Source: Callorhinchus milii
Taxonomy: Eukaryota
Direction: 5' to 3'
Assembly (NCBI RefSeq): GCF_018977255.1
Contig: NW_024704743.1
Coordinates: 80,106,001 to 80,170,000 of the forward strand
DNA: 64,000 nt
Shown piece by piece: positions 1-13,270 of this stretch; the stretch's first letter is position 1, and the number at the start of each line of letters is the position of its first letter. Below the pieces are notes generated by a model that did no database searches, was not told the DNA's origin, and worked only from the letters and a program-made list of their open reading frames with translations. The translations under genes and the position numbers were made by a program.

Positions 1-768
1 AAAAACTACACAGCGCATTATAATGTACCTGTGAAAAAAATGGCTGCCAGTCACTGATGATATTACTTCTGGTGCTAAGCCTCAAAAGCACCTTTAATGT
101 CACTTCTGTCATAAAGTGATGTCAGTGGCACTTCCTGCACAAAGTGGGCATGCGCACAACACGCAGGAAGTAACATTAGCAGCAATGTGACAACCCGTAA
201 GGGAGCTATTGTTAGCTGAAGGGTGCTGGTAGTCAGTACAGAAGCTGAATATCCACAGCAGTCTGTGCTATAAGAGAACGTGATGTTCCGGATTCGCTCA
301 ACTGAGGTGCATTCCAATGGTCTCCGCATGCATTTTCTGAGAATGTTTTATTGGTTTAAGCTGCTATCTACAGGCCACAAGGGCAAAATGGTCAGTTTCA
401 CTTCCTGCTCAGTTATAACTCTTATATACTGGACAAGTGCCAGCAAATTCCAGACAAAATCCAACAAATTTGCTGGGAATTTGTTGAAAAACTCTAAATG
501 TTTGTAAACTCAATTTTTTTTCTTGATATCATTATTCTTGTAATAGTCTCATCTTCCTTTGAAAAACTATGCCCAAAATCTTTCCTTCCCCACGTACACA
601 GCAGTTGCAAATTTCAATTAATTATTTTGCTTATAACCATTACAAATAACAGAGTACTGTATATTTTAAATATTGCATGTGTGGTCTGGGATCTACTCAG
701 ATGTTTTTCAAAGCTTTACGTTATAGTTTTTATTTAGGACTTCCCAGAGTACGCTTGTATCAGCCTAT

Positions 769-1100
769 GTGTCAGCCTGACTCAGTTGGTAACACTTTCA
801 CCTCTAAATCAGATAATCCCCTAGGATAGGATATTGAAGTCACATAATCTAAGTGAATACTCCAGTGGTATGCGGCATTGTTGCAGCTGCCATCCTTCAA
901 ATGAGATATTAAACCGTGGTCTCATCTGCCTGTACAGGTGGATGTTAAAGATCCCAGGCCCTATTCCAAAAGAGAAGGGAATTTCTCTTTGTGTCCTGGC
1001 CAATAGTCCCCCAAATAAAATTGATCATTAGCTTTATAATTGTTTGCAGGGCATTGCTCTGCACAAGTTGGGCTGCTGTGTTTATCTACAAAATACAATT
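769..1100 (+). mobile_element. Old Deu-domain SINE (SacSINE1/AmnSINE1-like), decayed
   Basis: tRNA-like head GTCAGCCTGACTCAGTTGGT followed by Deu-type core ...ATGAGATATTAAACCGTGGTCTCATCTGCCTGTACAGGTGGATGTTAAAGATCCC...GTGTCCTGGCCAA; the same core recurs more than 10 times in the window. Confidence 0.8.
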
Positions 1101-1520
1101 ATAATAATAATAATTATCCTTACATTTGATATCATGTCATTCAGATGTTTCAAAGCGTTTCACAAAATATACTGTAAAGTGAATTGACTGCATATTTTGA
1201 GGGCAAAACACAGCATCAAATTGCACCCAGCAGTGTCCCACAGTCATGGATTGAGTGACCAACCTTTTTTTAAGGAATTATTACCCCCAGAAAGCAATCC
1301 GCCAATCGACTAGTAACCAGGTTCCTACTTACTTGTAGGTAAACAACAACAACAAATTACACCTGTATAGCGCCCTTCACGTCGGAAAAATGTCCCAGGG
1401 CACTGGAACAGAGGCGTGTGGCATAGGCAAACTTGCCTAAGGTTTCGCCCTGCACAGGAATCGAACCCGGGTCATCTCATTTGCGAGCCGAGTGCTCTAA
1501 CCAATATGCTACCCGACTCC
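1101..1520 (-). mobile_element. tRNA-derived SINE, long (CORE-like-containing) form, interrupted by an L2 3' tail at about 1346-1406
   Basis: (ATA)n tail at 1101; reverse complement of tRNA-like head ending ...GACTCC at 1520; insert flanked by AACA at 1342-1345 and 1407-1410. Confidence 0.8.
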
Positions 1521-2042
1521 ACAAATTACTTTATAGTGAACACTGTAATGATCTTTTGAAGATGTGATAAGGAGATATATCAAATGCAAGGATTATTAAC
1601 ATTATGGGGCTTGAACTTGTTGAAACAAGCAATAAAGAGATGCTGGAAACTCATGCAAAAATAAGAGGAAAAAGTAAGGATTAGGCCACAAGATCACACC
1701 AATAATGCCAGTGCAAAGATAGAGTGAATACAATTGAGAATGCGTATCCACGGAGAGAGGGAGATTGTTGATATTGATTGCATCTCGTACAATAAACTGG
1801 AGAAGATCCACCTGTTTGGCGCCAAAGTTGTGTGGTCCAAGGTTTCAATTGGCAATGTGGCAACTCAGGACTTAGCAACCAGGGACTTGCTCTGTGCTGC
1901 CAGAGTCCCCAACAATGATCTCAAGAGGACCATGTTGGTCAGTCATATTCGTCTACGACTATTGATGGGTTTGGTAGCCACACGACAGTTATTCACTGGG
2001 ATGAAATCACACCGCCAAAAAATGCCATTGAAGTCCAGCTTT
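1491..2042 (+). repeat. Local direct duplication, copy 1 (about 550 bp)
   Basis: Colinear with 3526-4077, e.g. GCTCTGTGCTGCCAGAGTCCCCAACAATGATCTC and TACAATAAACTGGAGAAGATCCA occur in both. Confidence 0.93.
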
Positions 2043-3525
2043 GATCATTGATCAATTCAGCAGTGAACTGTTCCTCTCTCCTTTACCTTGCTGCTCCCCC
2101 AACTCCGGAAACAGAGCAACAGTTTGGTTTAAAGCCAGTCAAGTTCTCTGTCTTTGTCTCTGTCACCTGCGATCACAGCCTATGGACAAGCACATACAGA
2201 AAAAGTGTATTAGAGGGTAGCGTGGAATTGGGATTAGGAAGGATGGCTTCTTGGAGGGGAAAATATCGGCACGAAAAATGGACGAATAAGTGATTAAGGA
2301 AGATGAACCTTGGAGCTCCTGGAAGGATACTGCAGATAATGTGCATGTGATGTGGGTAAACTGTGACAGTATTTAATAAGGTAAGATTTACTATGAAGTT
2401 GGAGAAAGGGTACACAATGTATTATGTAGGTTTGTTGAGCTCTTTGGCACTTTATAAGTGTAAATTGTATTGTAATTGTAATGTTTTACATTTACAGTGT
2501 TCTGAAAAATTCTCTCTTTTTGCTAAATATTTACTTTGAGAATATGAAATTTTTCTGCTTTTCCCCAGTATCTCTTGATCTTCCTGGCCTCTCTACCATT
2601 CAGGATGAAGAAGGTGCATTATCTTTTTTCTCTGAACTGTATAACAATTTGAATTATAATTGCATACATTATCAATGTGGTGTGAAAACATTCTGCCAGC
2701 CAGAAAGGACACAGTTAAGTAATTAAATGAAATAGTCAGCTCCTTCCCCTCATCTTACTGGCTAAATAGATTTAACATATGTTCTGCATTACTCCCCCTT
2801 TGTTACTTAACGTATTCTGCATGAGGCTATTATGTGTGATACTTTCTAGGAAAGAGTGTCCTAGTTCCTGTTGCACTACAATTTATCGGTCAGTAATACC
2901 TAGATAATGGATTAATGTGAGCCAGACACACATGCATACCTGATAATTGGCTAATAAAAATGCGCTAGGGTCTTTGATGTTGACAGCTGCTGATACATCA
3001 TAATACAGTATCTAGTAGAAAGAACACTTGAGTTTTAACTCGTATGGTTAGCTGAATCACACTACAATTCCGCTTGTATATAATATTTAACTTCCCTTTG
3101 ATTTATACTATGATTTTTTAAATATGATTCAGTGACAACAATTGACATACCTTTCATGTTGAGAGGACGTCTCAAATCATTTTACAGGAATTTTACTGCA
3201 AAGTGTAGTGACTCCGTATTTGGATCACTTCACACTGGGATTACACTAGGCTGAGAGCTTGAGCTGGTGGGGATGGGAGCTGATGGTGAAGAAGAAAGGT
3301 GTTTAAAAGCGTGACTGTAGAGATAAGTCCAGTTTAATTTTCAGAAAGGTTGCTTTCATTGAATTCCATTATTTTGTAACAACATGTTTTCTGGTTCATT
3401 TGAAGTAAGGTAATTCACGTGTCTATGTGAAATCAAATCTGCCCTGAAACTCTAAGCCAGCAAATTACATGTTTACATTCTATTTGTCAATTTAAAATAA
3501 TAACGCTATCTATCATTCCACCACA

Positions 3526-4077
3526 AGTGCTCTAACTAATATGCTACCGGACTCCAAAAATTACTTTATAGTATAGATCATTACATTACTGTAATGATCT
3601 TTTGAAGACGTGATAAGGTGCTATATCAAATGCAAGGATTGTTAACATTATAGCGCCTGAACTTGATTCAAGCAACCAATAAAGTGAGCTGGTGAACTCA
3701 TGTAACATCAGAGGAAAAAGTAAGGATTGGGTCATAGGGTCATACCAATAATGCCAGTGCAAGGATAGAGTTAATACAATTGACAATGTGTATCCGCAGA
3801 GTGATGGAGTTGGTTGATGCTGATTGAATCTTGTACAATAAACTGGAGAAGATCCATCTGTCTGGGGCCAAAATTGTTTGGTCCAAGATTCCCATTGATA
3901 ATGTGGCAACTCAGGACTAAGCAACCAGGGACCTGCTCTGTGCTGCCAGAGTCCCCAACAATGATCTCATTGGTCAGTCACATTCACCTAAGATTATTGA
4001 TGGATTTGGTGGCCACACAACAGTTATTGACTGGGATGAAATCACATTGCCAAAAAATGCCATTACAGTCCAGCTTT
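3526..4077 (+). repeat. Local direct duplication, copy 2
   Basis: Colinear with 1491-2042; starts abruptly inside the SINE head that is complete in copy 1. Confidence 0.93.
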
Positions 4078-5324
4078 AGTGTAGGGTATTGTTAATCATT
4101 TCTGTATTTACTTGTTATGAAAACACTGTTAAATGGATTTCAATACAATGGGTTGGATTTTCCTGATGGCTGGCGACTAGGAGCAGCATCAATGCCAATA
4201 TTATTGTTACTGACTGGCTGTAGCAGTGAAATCGATTACAACCAAGATTCCCATTTATCTCCTTTTATGAGAATTTTCAGTAGAGACTGACTGGGACATA
4301 GGAAGGAGAAAAGACAGGGTACAAGGGAATAGTTTGCTGCTGATATTCTGTGCTGTTGGCTGATCCCACTCTAAAGCTGATATATTTGAACAATGATTTA
4401 CCTTGATATTGACATGGCGCACTTGACCAGATTAATTTATATAATATACCACCTCTGAAGGCCTAGTTAGTAAATGGCTAGTTGATGGAAGTACACTAAG
4501 AATAGATATTCTCTCTTGAAGGATGAATATCTTTTAAGTCCTTCACAATGACAATGGGAATCAATGAGCAGGGAGGATTAGAGGGTGAGTTTAAGATTCT
4601 TAAACAGATGCTTTGAGGGCTTTTTGAAGGCAGGGAGAGTAAGTGTAAGGTGAAGGAATTTTAGGAAAGAAATCCAGAGCACAGGTGTATATTGGCTGAA
4701 TGTTTAATTGCCCCTAGTGTGTTGGAGGTATTGAGAAATATGCAGTAGATCAGAGTCAAAACAGTTCTATAGGGCTTTGTCTGTGCTTTGAGTCATAGAG
4801 TTACTTATAGTTGCATTGAGTGATACTTAGCCTGTTCTAATAAAGCTGATGTTAGTTAGGTTGTTACACTTGATCTCAGTGAACCTATGGTCTCGATTTA
4901 CAGTTGGTGAATGTGCCAACCCTTTTCAGGTTCCAAGACCAATATGAAAGGCAATTTTAGAATACAGTGCAAGAAGTCATTATATAATTGTAATTGTACA
5001 ATCTCAATCTGACCTTCTTTCTGGTGATCAATGGGAAGACAGAACAAATAATAATAAATATTCATCCTTGCATTGATGTAGTGCTTTATCAAATGAAAAT
5101 ATCTCAAACATTTCACAGAATTTACTGTATAGTGTAGTGACTATTTTTGAATGCAAATGCAGCAACCAAGGATGGATAATCTTTCATTGTTTTTCAGTGA
5201 TATCCATGTTGGCCCTGGTTCAGTTGATGATTTTCAGAAGCATGGCACCTGTTTCTGATCGCTATTCATTGCTGGTTGTTGCAAAGAAGACCATCTGGAT
5301 ATTTGATAAAATAATAATAAGAAT

Positions 5325-6036
5325 ATTTGTTTCATTTGGTATAGCACCTTATTGCATCATCGAGATGTCTCACCTGATTTCTTGTAAAGTGAAGTGACTG
5401 TGTATCTTGCAGGCAATTATGGCAGCCAATTTGCAAACATGCAGTGAATGACTAATTTTATTTGGGGGATTGTTTAATAATAATAAATAATAATCCTTGC
5501 ATTTGATATAGCGCTTTTCACATCTTCTAGACGTCCCAAAACACTTCACAGAATATACTGTAAAGTGAATTGACTGTTTATTTGTGGGCGAACGCGGCAG
5601 CCAATTGCGCACAGCAGTGTCCCACAAACAGTCGTGGATTGAAAATGACCAATTTATTATTGTTATTTTGTTTTGGAGGGATTATTATTACGCGTGTGGA
5701 GTGAGGAAACTTGCCTAAAGTTTCGCTCTGCCTGGAATTGAACTCAGGTCTCTCGCTTGCAAAGCGAGTGCTCTAACCACTGAGCCAAGAGACCAGGAGA
5801 AACCCCTTTCTCTTTTCGAATAATACCAGGGGATCTTTAACGTCTACATGGACAGACAGTCAGGGCCCAGGTTTAAAGTCTCATCCAAAGGATATTCCCC
5901 CGACAATGCAGTACACCCCCATTCCACTGTACTGGAATGTCAGCTTAGACTATATCAGTTCCAAATCCTGAGGTGGGGCTTAAATCAACAATGTCTGATT
6001 CAGAAGTAGAGAACACCGACTGAATCAGGATGAACA
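5325..6036 (-). mobile_element. Old Deu-domain SINE split by a younger SINE
   Basis: Deu core on the minus strand breaks at ...GGGGGATTGTT (about 5474) and resumes ...GACCAGGAGAAACCCC...GGATCTTTAACGTC after 5787. Confidence 0.8.
5476..5786 (-). mobile_element. Young tRNA(Ala-like)-headed SINE, short form
   Basis: Near-identical to the copies at 28891, 42333, 48262, 58923 and 62263; (ATA)n tail. Confidence 0.92.
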
Positions 6037-7730
6037 CAGATTCATGCTCATCTGAGATGCCCATCCCCCACCAGTATGTGTCATCAAGCCTCATAAATGA
6101 ATAACAGCCACTTGGGAGGATGGCCGGTGCCCATACAACTATATATACTAGTATGAACTAACCCCTTAAGGATTAGGAGCGGGGGAGAACTAAATTGAAT
6201 TATGCTGTAAAATGTAAAACGAAAGGCTGAACATCAGAAAGTATGCAAGGCAATGCTCAAAAAGAGCACAAAAGAAAGATAATTCTGTGTTGGTCAGGAT
6301 TCATTATCTTAACTGAATGATTCACCCAGTACTGCCTGTAAACATAAGGAGTATTAAATACTGCAGAAATAGTAAAAGACAGAGAGAGAGAGAGAGAGAG
6401 AAAGCCACGCACCTATGGGATGATCTGAAAGCTGAGTGCTTATTGATCGGCGTGTTGACTCAAGTCATTTTTAACTACAAACCCATTAGAAAGCTATCGC
6501 GTTAGCAAATAACAGTGCTGAAATAAATGGAACTTGGTGCTACTTCAAAACAAGCCTGAGCTGTGATACTTAGCCTTTTCACCTTCCTGTCCATGAGTAC
6601 AAAAGAAATAAAATGTTTCTAAACACATAACGGTTTTGAAGATATAGCTGCAGGATCTGAAGTGGAAAGGATTGCTGGAAAGGATTGCCTATTTCCTTCT
6701 TTCATTTGTTTTGTTGTTCAGAGGTATTTCAAAGCATTTACTGCTCAAATTGAGGAGACAATTCTGCCACCAGCTGTGTGACATATAAAGCCGTTGCCTG
6801 GAACTGAGCACATCATACAATTATATTGTGCACTGTTCTCTGCAGCGATTTAAGATGTTCTTTTTTGCGTGTGAGCACAGAATTGGAAGGAATTAAGACA
6901 GTCATATTAATGTGAGAAGTTGTATATTTGCTAAAGTATTTAGCCACCCATTCAAAATTATTTGAGGATCAGGGTGTAAGAGGTTCAAGTGGTAATAACA
7001 GATAAAGAGCAAATGCTAGACTCAGATTTTTGGGGTCTTAGTGAGTGATCAAACTGATTTTGTAGAAAAGTGCTGTTGAAAAGTTTACAGTAGTATTGAT
7101 TATTCCTACAACATTAGGTTGTATTTATATAGCATCCTTCATGTCGGATAACGTCTTGGAGCTCCTTATTTGGTGTGAGGGGTCCCATATAAATGCAAGT
7201 TATTATTGTTGGACTCCTTACAATGATAGTGTCAGAGACCGAGCAATGGAGAAGGGAGAGGGGGAGGTGACCATAGGCGCAGTTAAACAGTTAGGTTTTA
7301 AGGTAGGAGTTAAAAATAGATAGAGAGGGAAAGAGTTGGAGGGTAGAGAGGAGTTCCAGGGGTTAGGGATTATTATATTATTGCTACAACAACAACAACT
7401 TGCAAATATATAGTGCCCTTCACATGGGGTAGTGTCTTGGGAGTGCTTAGCAGTGGCGGAGCTTGGCCAGGGAAAGAGAGAAGATGACCGTAGGCATGAT
7501 AATTTTTTATGAAAGCTATCAGAAGGAGATTACAGTGAGGCTGACCAAGGCACCAAAGGGATTTATTCTCCCCTATATTGGTTAACTTACCAATCTTTGC
7601 CAGCATTGTTTAGACTATTGTTTCTCATTCTAAGTATGCATGTATCAGCAAAGGTTGATTTATTTACCAATAAATTAAAAGTTATTTACCGATAAGACAA
7701 GAATCTCCAACACCCCTCCACCTCCAAGCT

Positions 7731-7950
7731 GTTCACATTCAGGAAATGATGGATGCACTGTTCTGGAATTAAGGCAGAAACATTTTTTGTGCAAGTTTGC
7801 AGAAACTGTTGACCATTGGAGGGTTTCCGGAATGGATTGTGTCCATGTAGAAGTGTGGGTGTTCCAGCAGTCAATCCAGTAGTGTACATTAATTACGATG
7901 GTTTCTATTTCCTCAACATGTAGGTGGCGAGCAACCGAAAATAATTATCC
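7731..7950 (+). mobile_element. Harbinger/PIF DDE transposase fossil
   Basis: Frameshifted translation VHIQEMMDALF...GGFP...MDCVHV...VPAVNPVVYINYDGFYFLNM*V matches the HARBI1-type motif order I..V.DAL / GFP / IDCTHV / Y.NRKG..SLN.Q. Confidence 0.75.
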
Positions 7951-8627
7951 TGTTTATGTTGAAAAACTCAGGTCAATAAATAATTAATTCACAACTAACT
8001 GATTAAATAATTAATTCACAACTAACTATATGCTTTGTTTGCTTGAATGGGATAACCAAATACAAGGTTTGGCTCGTGGGAAGAGGCATTGGTATATGAA
8101 TTAAACCCATGGTTCTTTCCCTGAAAATGTAAGCAAGGCAGATATCAAAGCTTTAGGCTCTGATGTAACAGAAACTTTTGGGTTGTAGAAGCAGCAGTTT
8201 ATATATCTTGGATATTCTGCTGGTGTCTTATGTTGCAGCCAAACAAAGCTAGATGTTTCTTGTGGTGCGCTGCATTCTGGACAAGAGTCCTTTTCAAAGG
8301 GCTATTCTCTGACATTGCAGAAGCATACATGGATAAGGAGGAACTCCAGGAGCTTTTTCTAGTGGTGCTGAACACCAAGACGATCAAGTATTGGCAAAAA
8401 ATGACAGGATCACAAGAGAGGTTTAAATGAAGATGTTCCTTAGGCTCATTTGACCTATTCCTTCCAGAATACCCACCCTACCATCCATCCATTGCAGCAT
8501 CAAACTCTCTTGCTCTCCCCTACTACTGCCAACTGACCTTCAACCCTACTGTCTCAGTCCATGCTTTCCCTCAAAGGCTGCTTTATGTCCTACATTCCAC
8601 CTGCCCCACCAGCAGTAGACAGGCTTT

Positions 8628-8860
8628 CTGGCAAGCTTTCCCAATTCTTGTCCAGTTGGACCACCCTACCCATTAGGACTTCGGCTTGGGAGTTGCGGAA
8701 GAGTAGTAAGAGTTCTTGCTGCCAATCTGCCTTTCCACATCCTGCCAATGAACCAAGCTGGCTGGACTGTGATCAACAATGCTCAGGAGAACTGCGGACC
8801 CGCCTAGCTCAGGAACTGGACTACCAAGACCGCCACAGAGGGCTAGCTCAATTCTGATAT
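8628..8860 (-). mobile_element. Unclassified dispersed repeat family X, fragment
   Basis: GGACCACCCTACCCAT at 8658 is shared exactly with 22230 and 31304, with colinear flanks. Confidence 0.8.
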
Positions 8861-10319
8861 TCTGAGATCCAGTTCAGCTCAAGGACACACCATTTACTTC
8901 CCCTTCATGGAGGATAGTCCACGCAGAGTAGTGTCTCAAAGCACTTAACAGTAGTGGAGCCTCTCTCTGAACTGGGCGGTGTGGGGGGGGGGGGGGGTAG
9001 GCGAGCGGGGAGGTGGCCGTAAGCATGGTCAAGAGTAAAGTTTTCAGGCTTGAAGAGGATAGTCAATGCGTTTTTGAACCAAAATTCTCTTCAGAAATGT
9101 ACGCTGTTTTGAATTTTTTTAAGTCTTTTAGCAGAGATCACAGTTTATTTTATGAAGACACTGGCCTATATTCTGCTTCCCAAGTCTCTGGCATTGTCAA
9201 AGACTCAAACTCACAGAAGAGAGCACCCAAAGGGGAACAGCAGAGATCAGAGCGTCAGCAACATTTGTAAACAAACCATTCAGGATTTCAGTCTCCGCTG
9301 TAAAGATACAAATAGAGACTACTAAGAAAGAAGATTGCATTTCAAACCTGATTTTTGGCGAATACCAACAGGGAGCTCATGCTAGAGGTAAGTGTGAGGG
9401 TAATGGCAGGCTTAAAAGTCAAAGTTGGAACCTGTTTGGTGAGATTCACAGAAATAAAAGTCAAAGAGCTCTAAGAATCAACTGAGAGCATGTTTTCTAC
9501 TGCTGGTGAAAAGTTCCATAGTAAATGGTAATTGCACCCAAGGGGAATAACTGCTCCTGTGCCAATGTCATTAACAGGATGTGGTTTGTTTTAAAATTCA
9601 TTAGCTGTTTAGGGATTTATAGCTGCAGTTATGTCCTTATTTGCCCCGGGCTCCTGCTGCAATCGTAGTAATAACCTGTTGCAGAGATCAATAACCTACA
9701 TGGTTAATAGTACTATAAGGCTCCTGCACTAGTGTTTGGTGCAGGAGCAGTCAAAACCCTTTGAAGATAAACCAAAGGAGACACAGAACAAAAAAAAATG
9801 GTGTTCAGTGTGAATTGTCATCCAACAGAAAGGAATCTGGCCTGAGGCAAACGTGAGTGTGGCATGAATGTATAATACGGACAGGAGTGAATTACAGGGC
9901 TGTTAAACAACTGAAGTTCAAATGACATCATAAATCTGAGAATGAAGTTTCAGTGGTTTATAAATGTCATTGGAACCCTGAGATCCTGTAAAAAAAAGTC
10001 CTGTAACTCTATTCTATAGATCTATTACTCAGTATTTTTCATTAACCTATATCTATAGTTTTCAATTATTTAACTAAAAACGTTCTGGTAACAACACCTG
10101 GTCTCAGTATACAGTCAACCTGGCCCCAGGGAAGGATCAGGGTTTGCCCCAGAGTAGGGTCAGCTCTGGTTGAAGCTGTTCTTATGTATGAAAACACCTT
10201 GTTCTTGTTTAGGGTGAGGCAGTTTCTTTATATCATTCTTTTTGCACACCTTTTACTGTGTTTCTTCTCAAATTACATTCAACTTTAGCAGCAAAATACT
10301 TCTTTGCTGTCCTTTCAAT

Positions 10320-11000
10320 TTCTCCACTACTTTCCTGAGGAAACAGAGTCTTGCTGGTGCATGATTCCATTGATTTCCAACCCACCTCCACCCCACTTGC
10401 CTGAATGCTCATTCTTCAAGTATGAGCTGAAACAGTGAATTTTGAGTTTTGCCAACTATTTAATATTAGATGAAAAGGTGAGCAGGAGGGAGGATCACAG
10501 TCAAACCCAATCCCATCCCACACCTAACATTCACACACACCCAGAGGTCATTGGATGCTAAACAAGAACTGGAGCCCTGCCTAATCTCTATACTCCCTGA
10601 ACTTCAGAGAAATGACAAACTCCCAGGCTGAATTGGAAGTACTCTCGCCTCTGAGTCAGGAAGTTGTGGGCTCAAAGCCCCATGTTGGGTCTTTGAGCTC
10701 ATGGTGTAAATTGACACTCCAGTGCAGTGCTGGGAGACAGCTGTATTGCTGAAGGCTCCATCCATTGAATGATACATTAAACCAAGATCCCTTCTGTGTC
10801 TGTTCAGTTGGAAGCTAAAAGATCCCACGGCACTATTTGAAAAGAGAAGAGATTATTGTTTGATTGGAGAGCCAAATTGCTTGCTGCGAGTTGAATTCAG
10901 CTAACTTAGCATAGGTAGCAATCAAACCTACCAACCATCTGGCCTGTGTGGCTTAGTGTTGCACTATTAATGGTTTATCCACCAGGCTGTTTAGGGATCT
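10320..11000 (-). mobile_element. AmnSINE2-like ancient SINE, split by a Deu-SINE
   Basis: Motifs CATTCTTCAAGTATGAGC, ATCACAGTCAAACCCAATCC, GAGGTCATTGGAT and, after the insert, TCAGCTAACTTAGCATAG; family name is from a recalled consensus. Confidence 0.6.
10620..10855 (+). mobile_element. Deu-domain SINE, 5' part
   Basis: ACTCTCGCCTCTGAGTCAGGAAGTTGTGGGCTCAAAGCCCCA head plus Deu core to GATCCCACGGCACTATTTGAAAAGAG. Confidence 0.8.
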
Positions 11001-12018
11001 TCAGAAAGTGGTATGAAGTAGGTGCCGGTCAGTCACTATTTCCTCTGTTTGACAGCTGCTATGGTTACTTTGCTGTGTGTGTGGGGTGGGGAGTGGGGGG
11101 AGGTGAGGTCTGATTGAGCGTTACTGCAGTGGGAGGCACAAGGAATGAAGAGCATCTAAACTTACATTTGGCTGGGATGTGGAGATTTATCAGGCAGCAA
11201 GCCAACCAGGCAGTTCAGTGGGCTATTTTTAGCTCTGTGAATACTCCTGCGGTGTGAGTCACTCTTCTCCAAAATGTTTGGAGTTGGGGGTAGGGGGGCA
11301 TCTTCGCAAGATGTAAGAAAGCGTACCTTGCCGGTTATAACACCAATTACAACTTACATTTAGATAGCGCCTTTCATGTCAGGAGGATGTCTCAAAGTAC
11401 TTCACACAGCTGACTGGGAGCCAGAGCTGGCAGTGAGTGGGGAGCTAAGAAGGGAGGCAAACCCTGTAACACTGGGTCATGTTGAATTATGGTTCAATCT
11501 AAACAGCAAGTTTATCAAAATATTTTATTATCGTTATTGATAATAAGGAATTTTTAATTTGTTCCTGCATCCTTTTTTGTAGGCATGTATTTCTTACTCA
11601 GATCCATGTATATCTGTAAGCTTCCATATTCGATTGTGTTTTGTTATTGGAATATTAACAAAAAACTCCAAAAGGAACAAGAGAACTATTTTAATAACAT
11701 CTCAAGGGCAGAACAAAGACATATCAGTGCTCACCAGGCTGAGCGGCTGATAGGGTCCCAGTCGCCTGTGTACAGGGAGAGAAGAAGTTGCAGTATCTGG
11801 CTTTCTCTTCCATAGCTCAAGGATGTTGAAGACAATTGCACACCACAATCTTTGTCCTCGCTCAGACCAAATGAATCACCATATTCAAATCTTAATCATA
11901 AAAAGACTCACCAGTCAATTATATTAGCCTATTGACCCTGTTCACACGTGGCTGCCCTTAATTTATTTTACATGGAATTGCTATAATGTGTAAAGCTTTA
12001 CCATAAATAGCTATTTAG

Positions 12019-12450
12019 GTGTCAGCCTGGTTCAGTTGGTAGCACTCTCAACTCTGAGTCAACGGTTGTGGGTTCAAGACCCACATCAGGACTTTGAACT
12101 CATGTACTCTAGGCTGACACTGCAATGTAGTCCTGGGAAAGCATTACATTGTTGGAGGTGCCATCTTTCAGGTGGAACATTAAATCGAGGTCCTGTCTGC
12201 CTGTTCTGGTGGATGTTAAAAGATGCCATGGCAACACTGGAAAAGAGAAGGGAGTTTCTCCTAGTTTCCTGGCCAACATTCCTCCAAGTAAATTGGTCAT
12301 TTACTATATGGCTATTTGTGTGTAAAATTGGATGCCGTATTACCCTCCAAAATATAATCACTACATTTCACACTAAATTCTTGAAGCATTTTGAGACGTC
12401 TTCCCCATATGAAGTGTTATATAAATGCAAAGATTATTATATTATTATTG
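12019..12450 (+). mobile_element. Near full-length Deu-domain SINE
   Basis: tRNA-like head, Deu core, and L2-like tail ...ATAAATGCAAAGATTATTAT. Confidence 0.88.
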
Positions 12451-12799
12451 AAGCTAAGTAGACTTAAAAAGGTGGATAAATTAAAAATAATATTAAAAGG
12501 CATGTAAAAAGAGTGGGGGAGTAGGATTAAAGTAAAAAATTCCTAATAAGCAGCTATTTGTGCTGTAATCTCTAAGATTCTATGAGCTCTCTTGTTTCTG
12601 TTCCACCTTCTTCCTAGTAGTCCATGTTTTCAACAACTTTGGATGAACAGAGCCATTTGCTGTGTTGTGCAAAGCAGATGCAGAGAAATAAGAGAACAAA
12701 TCTGATTTGTCAAGTTTTGACTCTTTCCTCTTCTACTCACTGTGTCGTGTTCTGATTGTTAGATACCTCTACCATGCCCAGGGGGCTGCGATTTTTCCA

Positions 12800-13270
12800 A
12801 ATGGCTCCAGATAACCCTGAAAGCCAAAGCCCAAATGAGTAAGGTGGTCCTACCTGGACAAGTATCACCCACAAAACTCACAGTCATTACACTTTACACT
12901 TCCCGTGTAGTGCTTTGAGATGTCTCGATGACATGAAAGTCACTGTACCAAATGTAAGGATTATTATGTTAAGGAGTAGGTAGCTTGGCGGACAGTGCAC
13001 TCAATGCAAGCTATCCAGTTTTAGCAGGATAACCTCTAACAGTACCCCAATCCATCTTCTGGGATCCCCAAGTCTTCACTCTTGTTAACCTGCACCTAAA
13101 CTCTCAGGGATTAGGGAATGTAGATTGCATCCCTTCAGGGAGAGTGCAATTCCATATCACACAAACAAAAAACATACTTATGCTCAATAGTTTGGAATGG
13201 AAACTGTTAAGCATCGTGATGGGCTTCCGCACGTGTCAGTCACCTGGCTGATCAAAAAGAAATAAAGGCA
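12800..13270 (+). mobile_element. Unclassified repeat family X, copy interrupted by a SINE tail (about 12868-12968)
   Basis: Reverse-complement homolog of 21900-22373; ends GATGGGCTTCCGCACGTGTCAGTCACCTGGCTGATC + A-rich. Confidence 0.8.

Noticed and set aside
4760..4910. LTR-like end (AATAAA...TTTACA followed by GTTGGTG)
   Set aside because: No second LTR, TSD, recognisable primer-binding site or internal domain
7977..8027. Short tandem duplications (27-bp period here; 13-bp at 6663-6688; 15-bp at about 18648-18680)
   Set aside because: Ordinary slippage-type duplications with no additional signal
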